DNA of 37,445 bases from a virus. Below, piece after piece: positions 16,888-25,350 of this stretch. The notes below the pieces were generated by a model, which was given only the letters and a program-made list of their open reading frames with translations, made no database searches and was not told the DNA's origin. A program made the translations under genes and the position numbers. Position 1 is the stretch's first letter, and each line of letters opens with the position of its first letter. Location of the stretch: UHGV virus genome UHGV-1374556, one strand, 5' to 3'.

Positions 16888-16916
16888 GCGGGTTGCTTTT
16901 GCGCAGCCCTTTTTTA
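16888..16916 (+). terminator. Rho-independent terminator
   Basis: Stem GGGTTGC / GCAGCCC (16890-16896 and 16903-16909) followed by TTTTTT. Confidence 0.7.
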
Positions 16917-16955
16917 GTACTCGTAACTTGTCAATAAGAGAAGAGAGGCAATAAG

Positions 16956-17339
16956 ATGCTTAAGTCATGTAAATACTGTGGTCGCATCCATGACAGCCAG
17001 TATGACTGCGGCAGGAAGCCACAACCTCAAAAGAAGATAACCTACATAGACCGGTTCCGTAGCTCCAGAAAGTGGAGGGAGAAACGGGAGCAGATACGCC
17101 GGCGAGACAAGAACCTCTGCCAGGTGTGTATCCGAAACCTTTACGGCACGGACCGGCAGTATAACTACGAGAATCTGTCCGTTCATCATGCCATACCGAT
17201 AGAGACGGACTATGACCGGCGCCTGGATGATGACAACCTGCTGACTGTATGCGGGGTGCACCATGAGATGTGTGAGAGCGGAGAGATACCGTATGAAACT
17301 ATAAAAGAGATTATAGATGAACAGGAGGAAAGTCAGTGA
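16956..17339 (+). CDS. HNH endonuclease (packaging-associated)
   Basis: 127 aa. HNH motifs SVHHAIP and CGVHHEMC. N-terminal CKYCG zinc motif. Immediately upstream of the terminase genes. Confidence 0.85.
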   Translation: MLKSCKYCGRIHDSQYDCGRKPQPQKKITYIDRFRSSRKWREKREQIRRRDKNLCQVCIRNLYGTDRQYNYENLSVHHAIPIETDYDRRLDDDNLLTVCGVHHEMCESGEIPYETIKEIIDEQEESQ

Positions 17340-17569
17340 GACTATGGATTGAAGTTGAAAACGGAAAACGGGTTGAATGTGAAGAGATTAAGACGGTAAA
17401 CGGCCAGGATAGCATTCTTGTCTTTGAGACAGCCAAGAAGCTGACGAAGTCATGCATAGATGACTTTCGTAAGTACATCAAAGAGCAGACCGGTCATGAG
17501 TGTGTCCTGGTGGGTGCAGGAATCCGTCTGGTGGCGGAGGTATCCCCCGGGGAGTTGTGTAAAAAATAG
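17336..17569 (+). CDS. Hypothetical protein
   Basis: 77 aa. GTG start overlapping the HNH stop. AGGAGG RBS, spacing 7. Confidence 0.5.
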   Translation: MRLWIEVENGKRVECEEIKTVNGQDSILVFETAKKLTKSCIDDFRKYIKEQTGHECVLVGAGIRLVAEVSPGELCKK

Positions 17570-17653
17570 ACACACTTCGGGACACCGACGCCCCACCTCC
17601 AAACACACAAAATCTTAGAAATGAGAATATCGGCCCAGAAGGAAGGTGATAGG

Positions 17654-18121
17654 ATGGCAAGGCCAGCTAAATCAGCCAGGGTAAAGACTGGCACAATTAC
17701 AAAAGAAGAAGAGGCGCAGCGCCTTGAGCTGGAGGATAAGCTTCGCGGGAAGAATGACAAACTGGTACCGCCGCTGTACCTAACAGAATCCCAGATGGAG
17801 ATATTCAACTACATTATGGCCGAACTGCAGGAGGCCGACATCCTGGGTAACCTGGACCTGTTCATCCTGGCACAAACCGCCATTGCTGTTGACCGTATTC
17901 AGGAGCTGGACCGGCAGGCCAACGATAAGAAGGAACTGCTCTTTGAGAATTCCTTCCGGATGGCCAGGGCCGAAGCTTCAAAAGAATACTTCCGGTGCTG
18001 CAATGAGCTGTGCCTATCCCCTCAGAGCCGGGCGAAGCTGTCTATTGCGAAAGTGAAGCCTGGAGAGAAGAAAAAGACCATCATGGATTTAATCAATGAG
18101 GACAACGAAGACGAAGGTTAA
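17654..18121 (+). CDS. terS: Terminase small subunit, P27 family
   Basis: Start MARPAKSARVKTGTITKEEE, typical of P27-family TerS. GGAAGGTGA RBS. Confidence 0.8.
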   Translation: MARPAKSARVKTGTITKEEEAQRLELEDKLRGKNDKLVPPLYLTESQMEIFNYIMAELQEADILGNLDLFILAQTAIAVDRIQELDRQANDKKELLFENSFRMARAEASKEYFRCCNELCLSPQSRAKLSIAKVKPGEKKKTIMDLINEDNEDEG

Positions 18122-19784
18122 GCACCCGGCGGTCGCATATGCTGAGGGGGTATGCCGGGGAAAGATTAAAGCGCCGAGGTACGTAATCCTCCAGTGTGCA
18201 GACTTTTTGCAGACGTACAAAGGGAAGAACAAGAAATATATCATCAATGAGAGTCTGCTGGATAAGATATATAAGATTCTTAAGGTGCTCAAGATGGCCA
18301 AGGGACCCAAGGCTGGGAGGTCCATCTATTCGGCGCTGGCCGGGTATCAGTGGCTGCTCATAACGGCGGTCCTCTGTACGGTCCATCGGAATGACAAACG
18401 GATGCGCCGGTACCAGACGGCGGTCCTGGAGATTTGCAGGAAGAATGGCAAAACATTTGTTGTTGCTGTTCTTTTTATTTTGCTCTTTTACCTGGAGCCG
18501 GCCTATTCCCGGTTCTTTTCCGTGGCGCCGGATGGGGCGCTGGCCCGTGAGATTAAGGAGGCTCTGGAGCCGCTGCTGGCAACCAACGTGGAGGTCTTTG
18601 AGGAAAACGAGTTTAAGGTGCTGCGGGACTACATCCTGCATAACCCCACAAAGACGAAGTACACGCCACTCAATTATTCCACCAGCAGGATGGATGGTAA
18701 GGAACCCAGCGTGTTTATTGCGGATGAAGTGGGAGCGCTTCCCACCTCCTACCCGGTGGAGGCCATGCGTTCCGGCCAGCTGCTCATCCGGAATAAGCTG
18801 GGGTTTATCATCTCAACCAAATACCCAACAGCGGACAACCCTCTGGAGGATGAGGTGGACAACGCCAAGAAAATCCTGGATAGTCTGATTGATGATGAGA
18901 CCGTGTTTGCCCTACTCTATGAGCCAGACAATACAAAAGATTGGGCTACGGACGACACCATCCTGGCCCATGGAAATCCTCTGGCATTGGAAATTGAGAT
19001 GGTATGGGATGAACTGCTAAAGAAGCGCCGGAATGCTATCAACCGTGAGAAGCTGCGGGAAAACTTCCTGACCAAGCACTGTAACATCATCTATCAGGGC
19101 GCCGGGACAGAGACATACATCCCGATTGACCAGGTGAAGGCCTGCAAGGTACCGCGGATAGACTGGGAAGGCCGGGAGGTTTATGTGGGGGTTGACCTTG
19201 CAATGACAAACGATAACTGTTCCGTGACCATGTCGGCGGAGGAGGACGGGGAGATACTGAGCCACGTCATGACATTTATACCAGAGGGAAGGATTGATGA
19301 AAAGAGTGAGTTTGAGAAGTTTGATTACAGGGCGGCCATTGCCGCGGGAACCTGCATTGCCTGCGGTGATATGACAGTGGATTACGGTGTGATTGAGGAC
19401 TACGTGGCAGGCCTGGAAGAATCCAGGGGTGTGGTTATTAAGTCAATCGGCTACGACCGGTATAATGCCCTGTCAAGCGCCCAGAAATGGGATAAGGATT
19501 ACACAACAGTAGAAATACGGCAGCATTCGGACACCCTGCATCCTCCCACCAAGTTATTGGCGGAGATGGTGGCAAACCAGAAATGGCATTATGAGGAAAA
19601 CCGGTTGCTGGAAACCAATTTTGAGAACGCGAAGTGTACCTATGACACCAACATGAACCGGTATGTCAACAAGAAGAAATCCAAGGGGAAGGTGGACGGA
19701 GTGGTGAGCATTATCAACTCAGTGTACCTGCTCCAACAGGATATCCTTTTTGACGACAGTGGTTTTACAGTGCAGGTGTGTTAG
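18096..19784 (+). CDS. terL: Terminase large subunit
   Basis: 562 aa. N-terminus HPAVAYAEGVCRGKIKAPRYVILQCADFL. Walker A RKNGKT. C-terminal nuclease region. Overlaps terS. Confidence 0.9.
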   Translation: MRTTKTKVKHPAVAYAEGVCRGKIKAPRYVILQCADFLQTYKGKNKKYIINESLLDKIYKILKVLKMAKGPKAGRSIYSALAGYQWLLITAVLCTVHRNDKRMRRYQTAVLEICRKNGKTFVVAVLFILLFYLEPAYSRFFSVAPDGALAREIKEALEPLLATNVEVFEENEFKVLRDYILHNPTKTKYTPLNYSTSRMDGKEPSVFIADEVGALPTSYPVEAMRSGQLLIRNKLGFIISTKYPTADNPLEDEVDNAKKILDSLIDDETVFALLYEPDNTKDWATDDTILAHGNPLALEIEMVWDELLKKRRNAINREKLRENFLTKHCNIIYQGAGTETYIPIDQVKACKVPRIDWEGREVYVGVDLAMTNDNCSVTMSAEEDGEILSHVMTFIPEGRIDEKSEFEKFDYRAAIAAGTCIACGDMTVDYGVIEDYVAGLEESRGVVIKSIGYDRYNALSSAQKWDKDYTTVEIRQHSDTLHPPTKLLAEMVANQKWHYEENRLLETNFENAKCTYDTNMNRYVNKKKSKGKVDGVVSIINSVYLLQQDILFDDSGFTVQVC

Positions 19785-19798
19785 TTGCGATATCGCAA
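19785..19798. promoter_or_regulatory. Palindrome TTGCGATATCGCAA, copy 3 of 4 (14-bp core)
   Basis: Starts the base after the terL stop codon. Lies 21 nt upstream of the portal ATG, 5' of the AGGAG RBS. Confidence 0.7.
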
Positions 19799-19819
19799 TA
19801 GAGAGAGGAGTGATTGCAT

Positions 19820-21064
19820 ATGTGGTCCTTTCGGTTGAGGGCAGACCCGGAACCAGAGAAAAAAGAAACAGAGTCTAATGAGGATGCATTGCTGAGGGCC
19901 AGTCTGTCGGATGACTACATGACCAGGGACCAGGCCATGAACGTGCCGGCCTTTGCGGCCTGTGTGAATAAGATAGCGGAAACCGTTTCAACCATCCCTG
20001 TTCGGCTTTATAGGCTGGTGGATGGGAAGCTGGAAGCAGTTGAGGATGATGCCAGGGTTCGACTGCTAAATGATGATACCGGGGACACCCTGGATGGGGT
20101 GCAGTTCAAGCGGGCGCTGGTCAGGGACTATCTGACCGGGAAAGGCGGTTATGCTTTCATCAACCGGACCGGGAACCAGATAAGGTCCCTGCATTATGTC
20201 AGGGAATCTGAGGTATCCTTCCTGTTCACATCAGACCCGATTTTTAAGGACTACGACATCATGATTCAAGGGACGAAATATAAGCCCTTTGAATTTCTGA
20301 AAGTGCTCAGGAATACGGAGGATGGACGTTCCGGCAGGAGTGTGGTGGATGAGAACAGTGAAGTCCTGAGCGTAGTCTACCATTCCCTGAAGTACGAAAA
20401 GAACTTGGTCAAGACCGGCGGCAATAAGAAAGGGTTTATCAAGTCGGCAAAAAAACTGGCAGAACCGGCCATTAAGGCATTAAAGGCGGCATGGCACAGA
20501 CTTTACCAGAACAACACGGAAAATGTCGTCATATTGAACGAGGGGTTAGAGTTCCAGGAAGCCAGTAACACATCCGTGGAGATGCAGCTGAATGAGAACA
20601 AGAAAACCAACAGTGACGAAATCTGTAAGCTGTTCAACATGCCGCCGGCCATGATAAACGGCGGCGCCACGGAGCAGGATAAAACAAACTTCGTCCAGTA
20701 CTGCCTGAACCCAATCTTAAAAGAATTTGAGTGTGCCCTGAACCGGGACCTGCTTCTTGAATCAGAGAAGGGGTCCTTTTATTTTGCAACGGATACGTCG
20801 GAGCTGACGAAAGGGGACATTGAAAAACGTTTCCGGGCCTATGAAACGGCCTGTAAGAACGGATTCATGCAGATTGATGAAATACGGCGGTGGGAGAACA
20901 TGCCGCCATTGGGATTGGATTTTGTCCGCCTGGGTCTGCAGGATGTGCTGTATGACCCGGTGACAAAACAGTTTTATATGCCAAACATGAACCAAACCGG
21001 CGGACTCGGACAGAAAGAGTCAGAGCCGGTGCAGAAAGAAGGTGAAAAGAAAAATGAGGATTGA
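19820..21064 (+). CDS. Portal protein, HK97 family
   Basis: About 414 aa with portal-like composition. Sits between terL and the prohead protease. AGGAG RBS. Confidence 0.85.
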   Translation: MWSFRLRADPEPEKKETESNEDALLRASLSDDYMTRDQAMNVPAFAACVNKIAETVSTIPVRLYRLVDGKLEAVEDDARVRLLNDDTGDTLDGVQFKRALVRDYLTGKGGYAFINRTGNQIRSLHYVRESEVSFLFTSDPIFKDYDIMIQGTKYKPFEFLKVLRNTEDGRSGRSVVDENSEVLSVVYHSLKYEKNLVKTGGNKKGFIKSAKKLAEPAIKALKAAWHRLYQNNTENVVILNEGLEFQEASNTSVEMQLNENKKTNSDEICKLFNMPPAMINGGATEQDKTNFVQYCLNPILKEFECALNRDLLLESEKGSFYFATDTSELTKGDIEKRFRAYETACKNGFMQIDEIRRWENMPPLGLDFVRLGLQDVLYDPVTKQFYMPNMNQTGGLGQKESEPVQKEGEKKNED

Positions 21065-21656
21065 ACTAAGGTCGGACAGCGTGGTGATTGAAGGCTATGT
21101 CAATGCCGTGGCCAGAGATTCGCGGCCTATGAGGGACCGTAAGACCGGGAAACGGTTTGTGGAGCAGATTGTACCGGGGGTGTTTGAGCGGGCGCTCAGG
21201 CACAATGAGGTGCAGCTGCTCCTGAACCATGACAAGACCAGAAACCTGGGTTCCACAAGCACAAACCTGGAACTGTATGAGGACAGCATCGGACTCCATG
21301 CCAGGGCGGAGGTCACGGACCCGGAAGTCATTGAAAAGGCCCATAAGAAGAAACTCAGAGGCTGGTCCTTTGGGTTTCGGGAACGGGACGCCAGCACGGA
21401 GGATATCCATGACGCTCTGGAACGCCGGTATGTGGAGGACATGGACCTGGTGGAGGTTTCTATCATTGATGAGAGGAAACAGCCTTGCTATGAGGGCACC
21501 AGTGTTGAGGTGAGGGCAGAGGGTGATATGGTCCTGACACCGGAGCCATTGGAAGTCCGCGCGGATTATGTGGAGGTTAAGGAAACAAAGGAAACGATTG
21601 ATATGAGTAAGTATCACAATAGAATCAAGGAATTAGAGAAGGAGAAAGCAGAATGA
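21054..21656 (+). CDS. Prohead (maturation) protease, HK97 family
   Basis: MRIELRSDSVVIEGYVNA...LLLNHD...LHARAEVTD...GWSFGF pattern of S78 prohead proteases. Confidence 0.85.
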   Translation: MRIELRSDSVVIEGYVNAVARDSRPMRDRKTGKRFVEQIVPGVFERALRHNEVQLLLNHDKTRNLGSTSTNLELYEDSIGLHARAEVTDPEVIEKAHKKKLRGWSFGFRERDASTEDIHDALERRYVEDMDLVEVSIIDERKQPCYEGTSVEVRAEGDMVLTPEPLEVRADYVEVKETKETIDMSKYHNRIKELEKEKAE

Positions 21657-22864
21657 GAAAGAAAACAGTTGTAAGGCAGTACATGCAGTATCGTGCGGAG
21701 GATTTAAAATCTCTTACAGAGCAGCGGGCCGACCTGGTCCAGCAGATGAAAGACCTGACGTCCACCGCAGAGACGGAGCAGAGGGCATTTTCAGAGGAAG
21801 AGGACCAGAGGTTTGATGATCTGGATAAACAGGTGAAGGCCCTGGACAGCACCATTGAGAAGCTGGAACGTGCCAGGGACCTGAAACTGAATATCACCGG
21901 TACGGAGAAGCATGAGGAACTGAAACAGGAGGAGCTGGAAGAAAGGGCCTTTGCGAACTATATTCGCCGGGAATGCGGAGCCACGGGCCTGGAGGTCAGG
22001 GCTGGGGAACAGAACATGACCATGGGGAACAACGGAGCAGTCATCCCCACGACCATTGCGAACCGGATTATTGCAGCGGTTAAGGATATCTGTCCGATTT
22101 ACAGCCGGGCAACCATTTACAACGTAAAAGGTACTTTGAAGGTGCCTGTGTGGGGAAAGGCTAATACAGACCATGACATTGCTGTTGGGTATCAGGAGGA
22201 ATTCACGGATATCACAGCAGATTCCGGGAAATTCACAAGCATTGACTTGTCCGGATATCTGGCCGGTGCACTCACGCTGATTGGCAAATCCGTTGCAAAC
22301 AATGCGCAGGTTGACGTTGTGAGTTTCATTATCACAGAGATGTCCAAGGCAATTGCAGAATTCCTTGAAAAGGAACTGCTGATTGGAACGTCCGGTAAGG
22401 CTCAGGGCGCCCTTTCTACGACCAACACCGTGACGGCAGCTTCTGCAACCGCCATAACTGCTGACGAACTGATTAGCACACAGGCCTCCATCAAACAGGC
22501 CTACCAGACAAATGCCTGCTGGATTATGCATCCGGATACATTCACGGCTTTCCGAAAGCTTAAGGATGGGAATAACCGTTACCTGCTGCAGGATGACTTT
22601 ACCAGTGAGTTTCCATACAGACTGCTTGGGAAGCCAGTGTTTGTATCTGATAACATGCCGAAGATGGGAGCCGGAAAGAAGGCTGTGCTTTATGGAGATA
22701 TGACTGGACTGTCCGTGAATATGCGGGAGAACGTGGAAATCCAGGTACTGCTGGAAAAATATGCCACACAGCATGCGGTTGGTATCGTGTCATGGTTTGA
22801 GTTTGATTCCAAGGTTACCGACAATCAGAAGCTGGTCACGGTATCCATGAAGGCCTCCGCATAA
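21653..22864 (+). CDS. Major capsid protein, HK97 family
   Basis: 403 aa. N-terminal coiled-coil delta domain followed by a capsid fold. Position after the protease. Confidence 0.85.
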   Translation: MRKKTVVRQYMQYRAEDLKSLTEQRADLVQQMKDLTSTAETEQRAFSEEEDQRFDDLDKQVKALDSTIEKLERARDLKLNITGTEKHEELKQEELEERAFANYIRRECGATGLEVRAGEQNMTMGNNGAVIPTTIANRIIAAVKDICPIYSRATIYNVKGTLKVPVWGKANTDHDIAVGYQEEFTDITADSGKFTSIDLSGYLAGALTLIGKSVANNAQVDVVSFIITEMSKAIAEFLEKELLIGTSGKAQGALSTTNTVTAASATAITADELISTQASIKQAYQTNACWIMHPDTFTAFRKLKDGNNRYLLQDDFTSEFPYRLLGKPVFVSDNMPKMGAGKKAVLYGDMTGLSVNMRENVEIQVLLEKYATQHAVGIVSWFEFDSKVTDNQKLVTVSMKASA

Positions 22865-22875
22865 GGAGAAGGTCT

Positions 22876-23172
22876 ATGAAGGTAAGCGAGATAACATTTA
22901 GCGATATCTGCCGGCAGATACGCGAAGAAGAGGCATATGTGACAGAGGAGAGCAGGAAACATCTTTCCATCCTCCAGAAGGCGGCCGTGGACTATGTGAA
23001 GGGATATACAGGCCTTGATGAGGCCGCGATTGATACACATGAGGATATCACAATTGCCGTCCTGGTACTTATCTCCGATATGTACGATAACCGGCAGATG
23101 ACCGTGGACAAGAACAATGTCAACCGGGTGGTGGATACCATCCTGGGGATGTATTGTGTCAATCTTCTGTGA
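22876..23172 (+). CDS. Head-tail connector (gp6-like DNA-packaging protein)
   Basis: 98 aa. Typical size and position. AAGGAG RBS. Confidence 0.65.
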   Translation: MKVSEITFSDICRQIREEEAYVTEESRKHLSILQKAAVDYVKGYTGLDEAAIDTHEDITIAVLVLISDMYDNRQMTVDKNNVNRVVDTILGMYCVNLL

Positions 23173-23184
23173 GGTGGTGATTGG

Positions 23185-23514
23185 ATGAACGCAGGAGCGT
23201 ACCGAGAGCCTGTGACGATTGAGAAGAATGGCTATACCGAGGACGATATAGGGAACCAGATAGCGGGCTGGACGGAATATTACCGTGGATATGCCTACAT
23301 GAACAACCTGTCAGGCTCCGAGTATTGGGAGGCCGCGCAGACACAGTCCCAGAACACAATTATGTTCGTTTTCCGATATCATCCGCTGTTGGGCGCCATG
23401 AATACGAAGGAATACCGGTTGATGCACCGAGGCAAGGCTTATAACATCACCAGTATTGATAATGTGCAGTATAAGAATGAAACCGTGAAAATCCGTGCCA
23501 CAGCAAAGGAGTGA
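23185..23514 (+). CDS. Head closure / head-tail adaptor protein
   Basis: 109 aa. Typical size and position. GAGGTGGTGA RBS. Confidence 0.6.
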   Translation: MNAGAYREPVTIEKNGYTEDDIGNQIAGWTEYYRGYAYMNNLSGSEYWEAAQTQSQNTIMFVFRYHPLLGAMNTKEYRLMHRGKAYNITSIDNVQYKNETVKIRATAKE

Positions 23515-23518
23515 TGTC

Positions 23519-23908
23519 ATGTCAGGAATTGGGATTGACTCTCTGGGAAAAGAGATTGCCAAAATGATGGAGGAATATGCTTCTGAGGTGGCAGCCGACA
23601 TAAAGGCAGAGGCCAGGGCGGTAGCAAAGGAGTCGGTGAAGGAACTGAAAAAGACATCCCCAGATGGGCCTGGGAGCAGGAAGGGGCATTACAAGGATGG
23701 TTGGGCATCCAAGGTGGAAACAGAGAACGCGGTATCAATTGGTATCCAAATCTATAATAAAAAGAAACCGGGCCTTACACACCTGCTGGAGAAAGGACAT
23801 GCAAAACGAGGCGGAGGCCGGGTGGAAGGCATCCCGCATATCGGCCCTGCGGAAAAGCAGGCTGTCAAGGATTATGAAAAACGGCTGAAAGGGAGGTTAT
23901 CACGATGA
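23519..23908 (+). CDS. HK97 gp10-family tail-completion protein
   Basis: Start MSGIGIDSL with AAGGAG RBS. C-terminus LLEKGHAKRGGGRVEGIPHIGPA. Confidence 0.6.
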   Translation: MSGIGIDSLGKEIAKMMEEYASEVAADIKAEARAVAKESVKELKKTSPDGPGSRKGHYKDGWASKVETENAVSIGIQIYNKKKPGLTHLLEKGHAKRGGGRVEGIPHIGPAEKQAVKDYEKRLKGRLSR

Positions 23909-24234
23909 CAGAAAAGGATGTATGCCGGATGGTCAAATCAGCCGGATTCCCTACGGCTTACCATCATTTTGAAGAAGGGCAGGAACCGGGAAAACCCTAT
24001 CTGGTGTATCTGTACCCAGAAACTAATAACTTTTCTGCTGACGGGATTGTTTACCAAGGCATCAATAAACTGGACCTGGAACTGTATACGGATATAAAAG
24101 ACCTGGAAGCAGAAAAAAGCGTGGAGGCCGTGCTGAAAGAGCATGGCTTTTTCTATGAGAAAACAGAGGCGTACCTTGAATCTGAAAAGATGTATGAGGT
24201 GCTGTATGAAATGGAGGTATTAATCAATGAATAA
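23905..24234 (+). CDS. Tail component (tail terminator-like)
   Basis: 109 aa. Position between head-tail joining genes and the major tail gene. GGGAGG RBS. Confidence 0.5.
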   Translation: MTEKDVCRMVKSAGFPTAYHHFEEGQEPGKPYLVYLYPETNNFSADGIVYQGINKLDLELYTDIKDLEAEKSVEAVLKEHGFFYEKTEAYLESEKMYEVLYEMEVLINE

Positions 24235-24796
24235 AGTCAAGTACAACCTTAAGAACGTGCATTACGCAACACAGACAACCGGAGAGGACGGGGCAATCAC
24301 GTTTGCCAAACCGTCACCCATCCGGGGTTCCGTCAGCATTGCCCTGGACGCGCAGGGCGACATCTCCAAGTTTTACGCGGACGGAATCACCTACTATCAG
24401 GCAGCTGCCAATAACGGCTATGAGGGGGACCTGGAGGTGGCCCTGCTGCCGGAAAGCTTCCGGACGGACGTCTTGGGGGAAACATTAGACGGAAAGAAGG
24501 TTCTGGTAGAAAATGCCGATGCCAAACAGACCGCGTTTGCCCTGCTGTTTGAGTTTGACGGTGATGAGAAGGCCATCCGACATGTGCTGTATAACTGTAG
24601 CGCCACCAGGCCGTCCGTGGAGTCCCAGACCAAGGAGGAATCCATTGAACCGGTAACAGAGACTCTGACCATCTCTGCAACACCTCTTCCGGACGGGAGG
24701 ATTAAAGCACGGACCGGTGATACAACGGATGAGGCAACCTATAACGGTTGGTATGACAATGTATATGAGACAGCCGCATCCGGCTTAGGAGCGTAA
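24227..24796 (+). CDS. Major tail protein
   Basis: 189 aa, immediately upstream of the chaperone/tape-measure genes. Beta-rich composition. Confidence 0.7.
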   Translation: MNKVKYNLKNVHYATQTTGEDGAITFAKPSPIRGSVSIALDAQGDISKFYADGITYYQAAANNGYEGDLEVALLPESFRTDVLGETLDGKKVLVENADAKQTAFALLFEFDGDEKAIRHVLYNCSATRPSVESQTKEESIEPVTETLTISATPLPDGRIKARTGDTTDEATYNGWYDNVYETAASGLGA

Positions 24797-24808
24797 CGGA
24801 GGTAAGAC

Positions 24809-25177
24809 ATGATAAGCAAGGAAATAGAGATTGATGGAAAGCTGGTGCCGTTCAAGGCATCGGCTGCCATACCAAGGCTGTACCGGGCGCGGTTCCGGCG
24901 GGATATCTTCCGGGATTTAATGCGTCTGGGAAAGGCCGTGAAAGGCGAGGAAGGCGAGGAAATCCCAATCAGTGACCTGGAGCTGTTTGAGAATGTGGCA
25001 TACATAATGGCGCTTCATGCTGACCCGAACCAGCCAGGGACACCGGAGGAGTGGCTGGACCAGTTCAATACGTTTTCAATTTACACGGTACTGCCCCAGC
25101 TCCTTGACCTGTGGCATCTGAACATTGAGACAGATGTGGAGGCCAAAAAAAAACGAAGCCGAGCAGCCGGGAAATGA
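24809..25177 (+). CDS. Tail assembly chaperone (gpG-like)
   Basis: 122 aa. Ends in a lysine-encoding A-run, followed by a -1 frame open to 25338. Confidence 0.8.
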   Translation: MISKEIEIDGKLVPFKASAAIPRLYRARFRRDIFRDLMRLGKAVKGEEGEEIPISDLELFENVAYIMALHADPNQPGTPEEWLDQFNTFSIYTVLPQLLDLWHLNIETDVEAKKKRSRAAGK

Positions 25178-25338
25178 CAACGCCCTTGTTCATGCTCCGG
25201 GCGGCCCAGCTGGGGGTAGCGGTTAGTGACCTCGACCTGCTCACCATTGGGCTGGTCCTGGACATGTTTACAGAGTCACAAAATGACAGCTATAAGTATC
25301 CAAACCTGGCAACCCAGGAGGATTTTGACAAATTTTAA
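25145..25338 (+). other. Programmed -1 ribosomal frameshift site (A9 slippery run) and gpGT extension
   Basis: AAAAAAAAA at 25145-25153. The -1 frame reads KKTKPSSREMTTPLFMLRAAQLGVAVSDLDLLTIGLVLDMFTESQNDSYKYPNLATQEDFDKF to a TAA at 25336-25338, just before the tape-measure RBS. Confidence 0.75.
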
Positions 25339-25350
25339 GGAGGTGGTATC

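Noticed and set aside
21066-22774. 183-aa and 327-aa minus-strand ORFs
   Set aside because: Antisense to the prohead protease and major capsid genes. No independent support.
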